This document shows positions 11,094-20,954 of a stretch of DNA of 64,000 nt, piece by piece. The notes under the pieces were generated by a model. The model was given only the letters and a program-made list of their open reading frames with translations. It searched no databases and was not told the origin of the DNA. Source of the DNA: an uncultured Bacteroidales bacterium (GTDB lineage Bacteria > Bacteroidota > Bacteroidia > Bacteroidales > FEN-979); NCBI GenBank assembly GCA_903887775.1, contig CAISRB010000013.1, positions 3,074 through 67,073 on the forward strand, written 5' to 3'. Positions within the stretch are counted from its first letter, which is position 1, and each line of letters opens with the position of its first letter. Both the position numbers and the translations under genes were made by a program.

Positions 11094-11426
11094 ATGGAAT
11101 GGATTGAGAAGCTGGACGGATCAGTAATAGTAAGCGACCTGAGTGGAAAGGTGATCTATGCCAATGAAACGGCCGAACAAACTTTTGTAAAACCCGGCGA
11201 ACCGCCTTTACCTGGCAGGGATCTTATGGAGTGTCACAATGACGACTCAAAAAAGATCATCGGAAGAATCATGAAAGAAAAAGTGAAAAATGTGTATACC
11301 ATAGAGAAAAAAGGAAAGAAAAAGTTGATCTATCAAACCCCCTGGGTTGTGGATGGGGAATTGAAAGGGCTGGTAGAATTATCCCTGGAAATTCCTTTTA
11401 ATATGCAACATTTTATCAGGGAATAA
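11094..11426 (+). CDS. Stand-alone PAS domain protein
   Basis: VIVSDLSGKVIYANETA and GRDLMECH PAS pattern; no output domain. Confidence 0.75.
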   Translation: MEWIEKLDGSVIVSDLSGKVIYANETAEQTFVKPGEPPLPGRDLMECHNDDSKKIIGRIMKEKVKNVYTIEKKGKKKLIYQTPWVVDGELKGLVELSLEIPFNMQHFIRE

Positions 11427-11511
11427 ATAGCTGTTAACCCCGGGGCAAAGCTCTGGACCCGGATTCCGCCCCGGTCGAAAAGGGAATTTAGCGGGAGAAA
11501 AAACCATCAAG

Positions 11512-12753
11512 ATGAGAAAAACTATTTTTCTATTATCACTGATCACAATACTGGCAGGAGGCTGTATTCGCCACAATGTCATGAAACAGGGACCCTATCT
11601 GGGCGTTCTGCGTGTTGACAGCACCGAACATGATATGGATCTTCCATTTAACATGATCTATGCCATCACGCCCGACGGGCAAAAGGTTATTGAAGTTTCA
11701 AATGCGGGAGAGACCATTATGATCCACGAATTTGCCATCTCAGGTGATTCCGTCTTCATGAAATTTCCTGTTTTTATGTCAGAAATCATTGCGGTAATCA
11801 GACATGATTCTCTGATCGGCAGATATTATCCGAAGGGAAAGGAAGCACAAAAATGGTATACATTTTATGCTGTGCCGGGTATCACGGACCGCTTTCCTTG
11901 GGCCGGTCAAAAAGCCGGGGCGAATCTGTCAGGCCGTTGGAAGATCACCGAAAATGCAGGCACTCCTGATTCCTCTGTTATGATAGGTGAGTTTATTCAG
12001 GAAAACGAACATATTGCCGGAACCATTCTTAACACTGGAGGAGATTATCGTTACCTGGAAGGAAAAGTTTCAGGAAAAAAATTCATGGTCTCATCGGTTG
12101 ACGGGGCCCATACGCTGATACTCACAGCCGATATTTCTGCGCAAGGGAAACTTGAGAACGGCAGGTTCATTGGAAGCCCGACCTGGAAATCAAGCTGGAC
12201 TGCCGAGAAAAATGAAACAATCAGCCTGCCAAAAATGGACGAACTCGTGAAAGTAAAACCAAATGCACGTCCCTTTGCATTTAGCTTTCAGGATATAAAC
12301 GGAGATACTGTTTCATTGACTGACCCAAGGTTCAAAGAAAAGGTGGTTATTATAATGGCGATTGGAACCTGGTGTCCGAATTGCCTGGATGAAACTGTCT
12401 TCTTCAACAATCTTTACACAACTTACAAAGATAAAGGCCTTGAGCTGGTTGCACTTTGTTTTGAAGAAAAAACCTTCGATGCCTCAAAAACCATGATGGA
12501 GCGTTTTATTTCCCAGACCGGTGCGGAGTATACTTTTCTTTATGCAGGGCCCCGTGGACACGAATCATTACATTCGGTGCTTTTTGACCTTGACGGCCGG
12601 CTGGCTTATCCGACTTCCCTTTACATAGACAGGAAAGGGGTGATACGAAAGGTTGAAACCGGATTTTCCGGCCCGGGCACAGGGCAGCACTATACGAAGT
12701 TTTGTGATGAGACCACTAAATTTATTGAAAAGTTGCTGGAAGAAAAACCTTGA
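11512..12753 (+). CDS. TlpA-family thiol:disulfide oxidoreductase lipoprotein
   Basis: Lipobox-like AGGC; C-terminal thioredoxin fold with GTWCPNC and YPTSLYIDRKG. Confidence 0.85.
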   Translation: MRKTIFLLSLITILAGGCIRHNVMKQGPYLGVLRVDSTEHDMDLPFNMIYAITPDGQKVIEVSNAGETIMIHEFAISGDSVFMKFPVFMSEIIAVIRHDSLIGRYYPKGKEAQKWYTFYAVPGITDRFPWAGQKAGANLSGRWKITENAGTPDSSVMIGEFIQENEHIAGTILNTGGDYRYLEGKVSGKKFMVSSVDGAHTLILTADISAQGKLENGRFIGSPTWKSSWTAEKNETISLPKMDELVKVKPNARPFAFSFQDINGDTVSLTDPRFKEKVVIIMAIGTWCPNCLDETVFFNNLYTTYKDKGLELVALCFEEKTFDASKTMMERFISQTGAEYTFLYAGPRGHESLHSVLFDLDGRLAYPTSLYIDRKGVIRKVETGFSGPGTGQHYTKFCDETTKFIEKLLEEKP

Positions 12754-12769
12754 ACGAACTCGCTTTTTA

Positions 12770-13759
12770 TCAATACGCCCATTTAAGCCAGATACTGCCC
12801 CAGGTAAATCCGCCTCCGAAAGCAGCCAGTATTACATTATCGCCTTTCTTCAGCTTGTTTTCCCATTCCCAGAGGCATAAGGGGATTGTCCCTCCGGTGG
12901 TATTTCCATAGCGTTCAATATTGATCATAACCTGCTCGGTCCCAACGCCCATGCGGCGTGCAGTTGCATCAATGATGCGAAGGTTTGCCTGGTGGGGAAC
13001 CAGATATGAAATATCTTCTGATTTCAGATTGTTCCTGGCCATGATTTCTGCAGCCACATCAGCCATTTTGGTTACAGCAAATTTGAATACAGGCTGGCCT
13101 TCCTGGTAAACAAAATGCTCTTTCGCATCGATGGTCTCGTGTGAAGGCGGCTTTAAAGAGCCACCTGCTTTCATATGAAGGTAGAAACGGCCTGAACCAT
13201 CCGACTGCATAATCGAATCCATAATACCTACTTCCTCGGTGGTTGGCTCCAGTAATATGGCTCCGGCCGCATCCCCAAATAAAACACAGGTGTCACGGCT
13301 GGTATAATCGGTGATTGACGACATTTTATCGGCGCCAATGACGATCGCTTTTTTAACAGACCCTGTTTCAATAAATTTGGATGCTGTTACAAGAGCATAG
13401 AGAAGGCCCGAACAGGCAGCATTCATATCGAAACTGAATGCATTCCTTATCCCTGTCTTGTCGCTGATTATATTTGCGGTTGCAGGGAATATCATATCCG
13501 GAGTAACCGTTGCACAGATTACCATCCCGATCTCTTCAGGGCGGGTATTTGTTTTTTCAAGCAGTCCCTTAACAGCTTCAGCGGCCATGTCGGAAGTCCC
13601 TAAACCCTTACCTTTCTGTATATGCCGTTCTTTGATCCCGGTCCTGGTAGTGATCCATTCATCCGAAGTATCTACCATCGACTCCAACTCTTTATTGTTC
13701 AGGATATATGGCGGAACCCAACCCTGAATTCCGGTAATTGCCGCTCTGATTCTGGTCAT
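12770..13759 (-). CDS. fabH: Beta-ketoacyl-ACP synthase III
   Basis: [26 protein letters not shown] and YGNT; likely start [10 protein letters not shown]. Confidence 0.96.
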   Translation of the reverse strand: MTRIRAAITGIQGWVPPYILNNKELESMVDTSDEWITTRTGIKERHIQKGKGLGTSDMAAEAVKGLLEKTNTRPEEIGMVICATVTPDMIFPATANIISDKTGIRNAFSFDMNAACSGLLYALVTASKFIETGSVKKAIVIGADKMSSITDYTSRDTCVLFGDAAGAILLEPTTEEVGIMDSIMQSDGSGRFYLHMKAGGSLKPPSHETIDAKEHFVYQEGQPVFKFAVTKMADVAAEIMARNNLKSEDISYLVPHQANLRIIDATARRMGVGTEQVMINIERYGNTTGGTIPLCLWEWENKLKKGDNVILAAFGGGFTWGSIWLKWAY

Positions 13760-13769
13760 GAAACTTTTG

Positions 13770-14729
13770 TTAAATGTTGTTGATGGTATACTGCTCAAGG
13801 GCATGTTTTATCCTGGCGGGAAGCTGAGCTTCATTGATATCCCTCGAGAGCAGGATCATGTTCTTGATTGCGGTACTGTTTGAGATCCCGTGACCGACAA
13901 CGACGTTCCCATTCACTCCCAGGATCGGAGTACCTCCGTATATTTCATAATTGAAACGGTCAAGATAACTGTCTTTAATACCACGTTTGACCATAACCCG
14001 GTACATCGCTTCGATCTGCTTAAGCACAATGTTACCGACAAAACCATCACAAACGATCACATCCACGTTATCCCTGAATAACTCCCTGCCTTCAACATTT
14101 CCTATGAAATTATAATCTTTCGATTCTTTCATCAGCTGAAAAGCAGATTGTGTGGTCAGGCTTCCTTTTTTCTCTTCGGATCCTATGTTAAGAAGCCCAA
14201 CACGGGGGTTTTTTATATGAAACACATGCTCGGCAAAAAGTGACCCCAGCAAACCAAACTGGTACATCACATCAGGCTTCGCATCAGGATTCGTTCCGAC
14301 ATCAATAAGAGTGGAAATCCCGCCACTTTCTTTGGCAATATAGGCCGGAGAGCTTGGGCGGATAATACCCTGGATGTTACCGACACTGTAAATAGCTCCG
14401 ACAAGCATGGCCCCGCTGCTCCCGGCACTCGCAAAGGCATTGATTTCCTCGTGCTTCAGCATACGGAACCCAGTTGAAATACTTGAGTTCGGCTTGTTAA
14501 CAAGAGCCTTCGTGGGACTTTCATCCATTTCGATAAGATCGGGTGCATCAACGATCTCAAACTTCGAGGGGCTTACATTTTCTTCGTTAAGAAAAGTAAG
14601 GATCTTATCCTTATCCCCTATTAATACGATCTTATCGGTTGAAGGCAACTCTTTAAGAGCCATCATTGCACCATGCATGGTGGCATTCGGCGCAAAATCG
14701 CCTCCCAGAACATCTAACCCGATCTTCAT
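13770..14729 (-). CDS. plsX: Phosphate acyltransferase PlsX
   Basis: [36 protein letters not shown] and VVGHG. Confidence 0.95.
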   Translation of the reverse strand: MKIGLDVLGGDFAPNATMHGAMMALKELPSTDKIVLIGDKDKILTFLNEENVSPSKFEIVDAPDLIEMDESPTKALVNKPNSSISTGFRMLKHEEINAFASAGSSGAMLVGAIYSVGNIQGIIRPSSPAYIAKESGGISTLIDVGTNPDAKPDVMYQFGLLGSLFAEHVFHIKNPRVGLLNIGSEEKKGSLTTQSAFQLMKESKDYNFIGNVEGRELFRDNVDVIVCDGFVGNIVLKQIEAMYRVMVKRGIKDSYLDRFNYEIYGGTPILGVNGNVVVGHGISNSTAIKNMILLSRDINEAQLPARIKHALEQYTINNI

Positions 14730-14789
14730 TAGTCAGAATTTAGTTAAACAACTGAATAATTAGTCGGGGAATGATCCTGCATAACAGGA

Positions 14790-14975
14790 TTATTCCGCAG
14801 CTGTCTTTTCAATAGCCTGCTTCCCGCGGTAATAACCGCATTCAGGACATACCCTGTGATAAAGAACAGGCGCACCACAATTCGAACAAAGAGCAAAGGT
14901 AGGAGTTTCTGCTTTATCGTGGGTACGTCTTTTATCCCTGCGTTGGTTGGAAATTTTTCGTTTTGGATGTGGCAT
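14790..14975 (-). CDS. rpmF: 50S ribosomal protein L32
   Basis: MPHPKRKISNQRRDKRRTH, CSNCG and HRVCPECGYY. Confidence 0.97.
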   Translation of the reverse strand: MPHPKRKISNQRRDKRRTHDKAETPTFALCSNCGAPVLYHRVCPECGYYRGKQAIEKTAAE

Positions 14976-15052
14976 AAGATATTTTAATTAATGTTAGTCT
15001 TTCTGTTTATTTCAAAAGCCGGTATAATCCGACATTCAATGTTCATTACTCG

Positions 15053-15559
15053 TTATTCTTTCAACTTCTTTAATACCTCCCAGCGTGGATCAGGTGAATG
15101 GGATTCTTTCAACTCCTCAAGTTTCTTTATAACATCCTGATTGCAAAGGCTTCTTCCCCCGGCCCCGTCTTTGTGAACCCGTTGAACGGGAAGCATCAGG
15201 CTCACATATTCGTAAAGAAACTGGCTCAGGTCAAATTTGCCCTCGGATTCCTTTATAATCTGGACGTCTTCACTTTCTTCTTCGTTGTGGTCACTCAGTT
15301 TAACAACCAGCTTTTGCTGACCCTTCAGTGTTTCAGTAAGAGGATCCCCGCAACGGTCACATAACAACCCGATTGTTCCATCGATTTCGAAACGGAAAAC
15401 AAGCATATGATCTTCCTTATCCATTTCAATCTGCACCTCAAGCTTGCTGTCAGTGATATCATCAAATTGGTAATATTCAAAGAACGAATGATCCAGATTG
15501 AAAACAAAACTGTGAGTCCCCGGTTTCAATCCGCTGAACTGGATCTGGTATTTCTCCAT
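15053..15559 (-). CDS. yceD: YceD/DUF177 family protein
   Basis: CDRC motif and C-terminal DPRWEVLKKL, upstream of rpmF. The -7 element TACTTTTG at 15587-15594 argues for a start at 15559 (or the GTG at 15568). Confidence 0.9.
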   Translation of the reverse strand: MEKYQIQFSGLKPGTHSFVFNLDHSFFEYYQFDDITDSKLEVQIEMDKEDHMLVFRFEIDGTIGLLCDRCGDPLTETLKGQQKLVVKLSDHNEEESEDVQIIKESEGKFDLSQFLYEYVSLMLPVQRVHKDGAGGRSLCNQDVIKKLEELKESHSPDPRWEVLKKLKE

Positions 15560-15632
15560 CTTCTCCACTTCCTTTGAAAAAGCCTGCAAAAGTAAAAATT
15601 AATTTGGTGACTACCAAAACTGTAATTACTCA

Positions 15633-15640
15633 TATATTTG
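15633..15640 (+). promoter_or_regulatory. -7 element (TATATTTG) for proline dehydrogenase
   Basis: TAnnTTTG about 35 nt upstream of ATG 15675, divergent from the yceD promoter. Confidence 0.5.
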
Positions 15641-15674
15641 TCACAACAACCATTGAACCCTAAAAATCAACAAC

Positions 15675-16586
15675 ATGTTCAATACGATAATTACCTGGAT
15701 GATCCCGTTTATGCCCAAAAAACTTATTTGGATTTTTTCGAAAAAATATATTGCAGGCGAGACTATTGACGATGCTATTAAAGTCAGCAGGGAACTCAAC
15801 TCCGGCGGGATAAAGGTCACGATTGACCTGCTTGGCGAATTCATTACAAATCTTCAACAGGCTGCAGAAAATAAAACAGCTTACCTGTCAATTATTGAGA
15901 GGGTTCAGAAAGAAAATATCGACGGGAATTATTCTCTTAAACCTACGAGCTTTGGTTTGCTTCTGGATACGGAAATTTGTCACGCACATATCCGGGATAT
16001 CGTTGCAAAAGCTGCTTCATACGGTAATTTTGTGCGTGTCGACATGGAAGATTCCCCCTGTACAGACCTGGAGATTGAACTTTTCAGAAAGCTGAAAAAG
16101 GAATTTCCGGACAATGTCGGCCTTGTCATTCAGGCATACCTGAAGCGAACATTGCAGGACCTCGAAAATCTTAAAGACATTCATTCAGAAGAAAGTCCTC
16201 TTAATTTCAGGCTCTGTAAAGGCATCTATGTTGAGCCTGAGGCTATATCCTATAAAACGTACGAGGAGATCAATAAACATTTTGTTGAAGACCTTGAATA
16301 TATGTTTGCCAATGGGTATTATCCCGGCATAGCTACTCATGACAGGCCATTGGTTGAACAGGCATACAGGCTTATAGAGAAATTTAAGGTCTCGAAGGAC
16401 AGGTACGAATTCCAGATGTTGTATGGCGTAACCCCCGAATTGAGGAGAAGTATTGTCGAAAAAGGCCATACCATGAGGGTATATGTTCCCTTTGGTAAAG
16501 AATGGTTTGGTTATTCCACCCGCCGCCTCAAGGAAAACCCGAAGATGGCAAGCCATATTATCAAGGCATTGTTTATCAGGGGATGA
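15675..16586 (+). CDS. Monofunctional proline dehydrogenase (ProDH, TIM barrel)
   Basis: YIAGET, DLLGE, VRVDMED, QAYLKR, RLCKGIY, IATHD, EFQMLYG and RVYVPFG...YSTRRLKEN. Confidence 0.95.
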   Translation: MFNTIITWMIPFMPKKLIWIFSKKYIAGETIDDAIKVSRELNSGGIKVTIDLLGEFITNLQQAAENKTAYLSIIERVQKENIDGNYSLKPTSFGLLLDTEICHAHIRDIVAKAASYGNFVRVDMEDSPCTDLEIELFRKLKKEFPDNVGLVIQAYLKRTLQDLENLKDIHSEESPLNFRLCKGIYVEPEAISYKTYEEINKHFVEDLEYMFANGYYPGIATHDRPLVEQAYRLIEKFKVSKDRYEFQMLYGVTPELRRSIVEKGHTMRVYVPFGKEWFGYSTRRLKENPKMASHIIKALFIRG

Positions 16587-16590
16587 AAGG

Positions 16591-16655
16591 ATGTACAATG
16601 TACCATGTACAAATTTGACTTTCCATTTGTACATTGTAAATGGTAATTGGTACAT
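16591..16655. repeat. Inverted heptamer arrays (ATGTACM x3 / degenerate TGTACAT x4) forming a hairpin between convergent genes; possible bidirectional terminator
   Basis: ATGTACA ATGTACC ATGTACA-AAT, a 10-nt loop, then ATT-TGTACAT TGTAAAT GGTAATT GGTACAT abutting the TAA at 16656. Confidence 0.75.
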
Positions 16656-19600
16656 TTACTTAAACGCTTTTTCCGGCATCCCGTCGCCACTAAGCTTCAG
16701 CCGTTCAAAATATTCGGGTGTTGGTTTTCCCATAAGTTTGTCGACATACATTTTAGCAAGGTACTGACCGAGCATAAATCCCTGGCCCCGGAGTCCGAGG
16801 AACAATCCAAGTTCAGGGTCTATCACCATCCTGGGTTCAACATAGTATCCGGCCCACACAGCCTGGAACCCTACCGAAGATAACTCAGGGATCCAGTTGG
16901 TGAAAACCTCGGATGCAATCTCAAGAAAATCTTCCGTGTTGACTTTTATGTTTTTCTCTGCTTCCTGCGGATCGACGGCCGGGGATGCACAGCCGATGAT
17001 CTGTCCGGTTTCGCCGAGCTGCTGTCCGTAAACAGCAGAAAATCCCTTGTATTTCCTTCTGTCGATCAGCATCGGCAGCGGACTGCCATTATTTCCCAGC
17101 ATCGGGAGCCGGCGTGTAATAAATGCCTGGTGTTTTACAGCATAGAGTCCGATGTCATGGCCAAGAGATTTAGCAAATTTGCCGCCTTCCGGGCCCAAGG
17201 CATTCACGAAGATATCCGTCTCATATTCCACATATTCTTTTCTATGGTTCATTACAAGGACTTTGTAATGCCCGTTTACTTGCTGCACATCAACAAGCCG
17301 GCAATCTTCCTCCACCTTCCCCCCTTTCTCAATACCTATCCGGCGGACCAGGTCGATGACCCTGCCAGGGGTAGCCTGCCAGCAGTTTCTTGTGATCAGG
17401 GCTGCATTATAATTTGTCATTGAAGGATTGATCCTCGGGGAAATCACTTGCTGAAAGTCTTTAGGTGCAGCCATAAATGCATCGGACCATGCCATCGATG
17501 CCTCAAGAGCAAGGTACATCTGTTCATCATGAGCAAAAGTGACGTACAATATCGGCCTGAAATCAATATTATGAATTTCCTGAAGTCCTTTGAATATTTC
17601 GAGGTTATGATTTGCAATATCACTGAGTTCAGGCACCGAGAAGTTCGGACGGCCGCCTGCAATGTTACGCCAGGAGGCGCCACGTCCGAAATTCACGAGT
17701 ACAGGCTCCATTCCGGCTTCGCTCAGGTAACGGAATAAAGCGCTGCCCGCTATGCCACCACCGGCGACCAGGGCACTCACCCTGACCTTTTCTGTTTTCT
17801 TCCCGTTGATTTCGGTGATCACCTGTTCATGTATGTTCCTTGGATATAATTCACCCATCGAAACCTGGTTCGATAAAGGCCCCCTTGGTGTAGGTTCACC
17901 CACTATGCTTATCCCTGTTCCGGCGAGTCGAGTTTTGAGCCGTTTGATACAACGTTTTCCACGGCAAGCGCCCATTCCCAGACGCGTCGTATGTTTAACC
18001 TCGTCTACCGAAATAAATTTCCTTTCACCAATCACCTCCATGATCTCGTCAAGAGTCACGTCATCGCAATGACAAACATAGGTGGGTTCTTCAGATTCAT
18101 GTTTATACGGTCTGAATATAACAGGATCAGGGTAATTCGCCTTTGCAATGAATCCTCTCACAGCTGCCAGGTTTTCTCCGTGAATGTCAATTGCCTTAAC
18201 CCGGGCAACGTTTGTTTTATTCGGTTTACGGAAGATCTTTTCGACGATTCCCTCTCCAAGTTTTTTTCCCTGGTTATCGACCAGGAAACATTCCGATTTT
18301 TCATCAACTGCATATTCAATAGGAAGGAATAACCAGTCTTTCTTAAAATTATATCCGAAAATGGCCAGTCCCGGACATTGGTATACGCAGTCCATGCAAC
18401 CTGTACACTTATTAAAATCTATTTCAGGTACAGTGCTGGTGGATGACTTCGTGATGGCCCCGTTGGGGCAGGCAAATGCACAGGGATTGCAGGCAAAACC
18501 ATACAGGCAGTCGATCAGCACAAAGCCTTTTTCATTCATTCTTTCCAAGGATGGCAGATAAGGTTCCGATATCACCCTTACCGGATGCTGCTGAGAGTCG
18601 ATATATTCCTTTGATAAGGAAAGGAAAGCATCATAGTCGTACCGTTCACCCATCTCCTGGAGTATCTCATAGGCAACCTGTTTACCCCGGAGCACGGCAC
18701 TGGTTCCTTCACCGATGCGTATCGAATCGCCAGCTCCAAAGCATCTTCTGCCGAAGACTTCATTTCCCTTGATCAGCAGCTGGTCGTCACAAACAAGGCC
18801 GGTGCATATATTGATCGCGTCAATGCCGTCAATCATTTTTTCGGTGCCCGGAACGGCTTTGAAATTCTTACATTCAGCTACAACAGCCCCTACAATGCCG
18901 TCATGGGCCTCGTTGGGTATGGCTTTAAGCAAAATATGTGAAGTCAGGACAGGAATGCCCAGCCGTCTGACCCTGTTTGCCTGAACCGGGAACCCGCCTT
19001 CGTCAGGCATAGCTTCAAGTATGGCTTTAACCCTTGCACCGGCCTGCATAAGCTGGTAGGAAGTAAGGTACCCGATGTTTCCCGCTCCGACAGTCAGGAT
19101 GTTTTTCCCAAGCAGGGTCAACTCGTTATTCATCATTTTCTGAACCACGGCTGCTGTAAAAACTCCCGGAAGGTCATCATTTTCGAATGTGGGCATAAAA
19201 GGGACTGCCCCTGTCGCAACAACCAGGTAATCGCTGTCGACAAAATATATTTCTTCGGTAAGAATATTTTTAACTGCAAGCCGCCCTCCTTCCAGGATAT
19301 CCCAAACCGTAGAATTCAGGAATATCCCTTCGTGGTTTTCACCGGCAAGGTTTTTTGCAATATCAAAGCCGCGCATTCCACCGTATTTTTTTTCCTTTTC
19401 AAAGAAAAAGAACTGGTGGGTCTGCATCAGGAACTGCCCTCCGATTTTGTCGTTATTATCGATCACAATACAATCAACATTGTGTTTGATAAGTTCTTCA
19501 CGGGCAGCCAGCCCGGCAGGGCCTGAGCCTACTATAACAACCGTTGACTTATAAACTTTAAGCGGCTCATTCTTTCTGACCTCAACCGGATTGGGTTCAT

Positions 19601-19889
19601 AATCATGAGGTATTTCCCTGACTTCCTTCACACCATCCACCCTGGTAATACAGATCCTTTTGATCTGACCGTCGACGAGCATTTCACAGGCACCGCATTT
19701 CCCAATGCCGCATTCAAGGCTTCGCTCCCGATTTTTCAGACTATGGCTGTGAACAGGGAAGCCTGCCTGGTGCAAAGCAGCGGCAATTGTGAATCCAGTT
19801 TCACCCTGAATTTCACCTCCATTAAAAGTGAAAGTGGTGGTTTGTAGTTTTGGAATGTCGAGAATCGGGTGTTTTGAGATCTTGTACAT
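16656..19889 (-). CDS. Multidomain flavo-iron-sulfur oxidoreductase: [2Fe-2S] + FAD/NAD(P) reductase + 2x[4Fe-4S] + BFD-like [2Fe-2S] + DAO/sarcosine-oxidase-beta-like domain
   Basis: CGIGKCGAC..C; GSGPAG, ATGA, GAGNIG, AGD; CNPCAFACP and CTGCMDCVYQCP; CHC...GMGACRGKRC; GGGIAG, WAGYY, GQGFMLG. The start at MYKISKHPIL is supported by the -7 element TAATTTTG at 19940-19947. Confidence 0.9.
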   Translation of the reverse strand: MYKISKHPILDIPKLQTTTFTFNGGEIQGETGFTIAAALHQAGFPVHSHSLKNRERSLECGIGKCGACEMLVDGQIKRICITRVDGVKEVREIPHDYEPNPVEVRKNEPLKVYKSTVVIVGSGPAGLAAREELIKHNVDCIVIDNNDKIGGQFLMQTHQFFFFEKEKKYGGMRGFDIAKNLAGENHEGIFLNSTVWDILEGGRLAVKNILTEEIYFVDSDYLVVATGAVPFMPTFENDDLPGVFTAAVVQKMMNNELTLLGKNILTVGAGNIGYLTSYQLMQAGARVKAILEAMPDEGGFPVQANRVRRLGIPVLTSHILLKAIPNEAHDGIVGAVVAECKNFKAVPGTEKMIDGIDAINICTGLVCDDQLLIKGNEVFGRRCFGAGDSIRIGEGTSAVLRGKQVAYEILQEMGERYDYDAFLSLSKEYIDSQQHPVRVISEPYLPSLERMNEKGFVLIDCLYGFACNPCAFACPNGAITKSSTSTVPEIDFNKCTGCMDCVYQCPGLAIFGYNFKKDWLFLPIEYAVDEKSECFLVDNQGKKLGEGIVEKIFRKPNKTNVARVKAIDIHGENLAAVRGFIAKANYPDPVIFRPYKHESEEPTYVCHCDDVTLDEIMEVIGERKFISVDEVKHTTRLGMGACRGKRCIKRLKTRLAGTGISIVGEPTPRGPLSNQVSMGELYPRNIHEQVITEINGKKTEKVRVSALVAGGGIAGSALFRYLSEAGMEPVLVNFGRGASWRNIAGGRPNFSVPELSDIANHNLEIFKGLQEIHNIDFRPILYVTFAHDEQMYLALEASMAWSDAFMAAPKDFQQVISPRINPSMTNYNAALITRNCWQATPGRVIDLVRRIGIEKGGKVEEDCRLVDVQQVNGHYKVLVMNHRKEYVEYETDIFVNALGPEGGKFAKSLGHDIGLYAVKHQAFITRRLPMLGNNGSPLPMLIDRRKYKGFSAVYGQQLGETGQIIGCASPAVDPQEAEKNIKVNTEDFLEIASEVFTNWIPELSSVGFQAVWAGYYVEPRMVIDPELGLFLGLRGQGFMLGQYLAKMYVDKLMGKPTPEYFERLKLSGDGMPEKAFK

Positions 19890-19985
19890 ATGTAGAAATA
19901 GTGAATTAGTGTTCAGGCAAATGAGATGAGTAAAGGATGCAAAATTACACAAATTTTTCAGGAGCAAGAGCAGCTGTGAAATTTA

Positions 19986-20921
19986 TCACAAATGAAAATC
20001 AAAGCCAACCGACAGCAGGTTCTCCATCCTTAGCTGCCTGCTTACATCCTCATCGTAAAACAACCTGGTTTGAAGGCTGGTCTTAAGAAACCGGTTGATG
20101 CGATATGCGAAAAGATTTTTAAATGTCAGATCTATGGCTGATTGGTTAGCTTTGAATAAAAGCAGATCGCAGTTCCATTGTATTTTTTTCCCGATCCGTT
20201 TATCGATAAGGAGGTGCATGCTAAGTCCATATTCAAGAAAACTGCTTTTGCCTTTTTTAACTCCGTAGAACGAATCCCGACCAGTTTTGTCAAAAATACC
20301 GGGATCCCTGACATAGGTAAGTTTAACAGAACTTATACCGATTTCAAGAGTACCGTTCTTTTTGATATTAAACCCAAACCCACCCGAGAAAGTGCAGATG
20401 AGGGGGGTGAGAAAAGAAGAATTTATCGTTTTGATAACCGATCCTCCGGCTCCCTGTGAAATGTCCCAGGCATTGAAAATCCTTGTAGTAAGTATGGAAG
20501 AGGCTGTGAACTGAAGAAACTTTGCCGCTTCGTACGAAAACTTCGTGGTAAGCGAACTTTCATCGGTCTGAAATTTACTGATACTGTCAATATAATAGAT
20601 CAGCCCCAGGTTATGAATAAGGTCATTGGTCAGCTGGAATCGTTTCGATGATATCCTGAAAGTATATTTAAGGCTGTGAAGGAAACCCAGTTGATCGGAA
20701 GTTTTATCCCCGGGGCCATTCATAAAATAAAAACCCGACACAGAGATACTGTAATCGAGCTCGTTGTTAAGGCTTAAGCCTCCTGGTGTTTTTGAAAGAA
20801 CCGGTCTGAATACAAGGGAATTGACTGAATTATCCCAATTAAGGTTCTGGGCAAAAAGACGGAAGACAAGAACCCATACCATTAGCAGCCCGCTCAGGAG
20901 CTGCTTTCTCCCCGCTGTCAT
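19986..20921 (-). CDS. Outer-membrane beta-barrel protein (DUF3078-like)
   Basis: Signal peptide, amphipathic beta-strands, SSFLTPL and C-terminal LSVGFDFHL. Confidence 0.6.
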   Translation of the reverse strand: MTAGRKQLLSGLLMVWVLVFRLFAQNLNWDNSVNSLVFRPVLSKTPGGLSLNNELDYSISVSGFYFMNGPGDKTSDQLGFLHSLKYTFRISSKRFQLTNDLIHNLGLIYYIDSISKFQTDESSLTTKFSYEAAKFLQFTASSILTTRIFNAWDISQGAGGSVIKTINSSFLTPLICTFSGGFGFNIKKNGTLEIGISSVKLTYVRDPGIFDKTGRDSFYGVKKGKSSFLEYGLSMHLLIDKRIGKKIQWNCDLLLFKANQSAIDLTFKNLFAYRINRFLKTSLQTRLFYDEDVSRQLRMENLLSVGFDFHL

Positions 20922-20954
20922 TCCAATTAAATTTGATCATAATCTCAGTTTCAA

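Noticed and set aside
19890..19967. N-terminal extension of the fusion oxidoreductase
   Set aside because: It spans the -7 promoter element at 19940-19947; the likely start is 19889.
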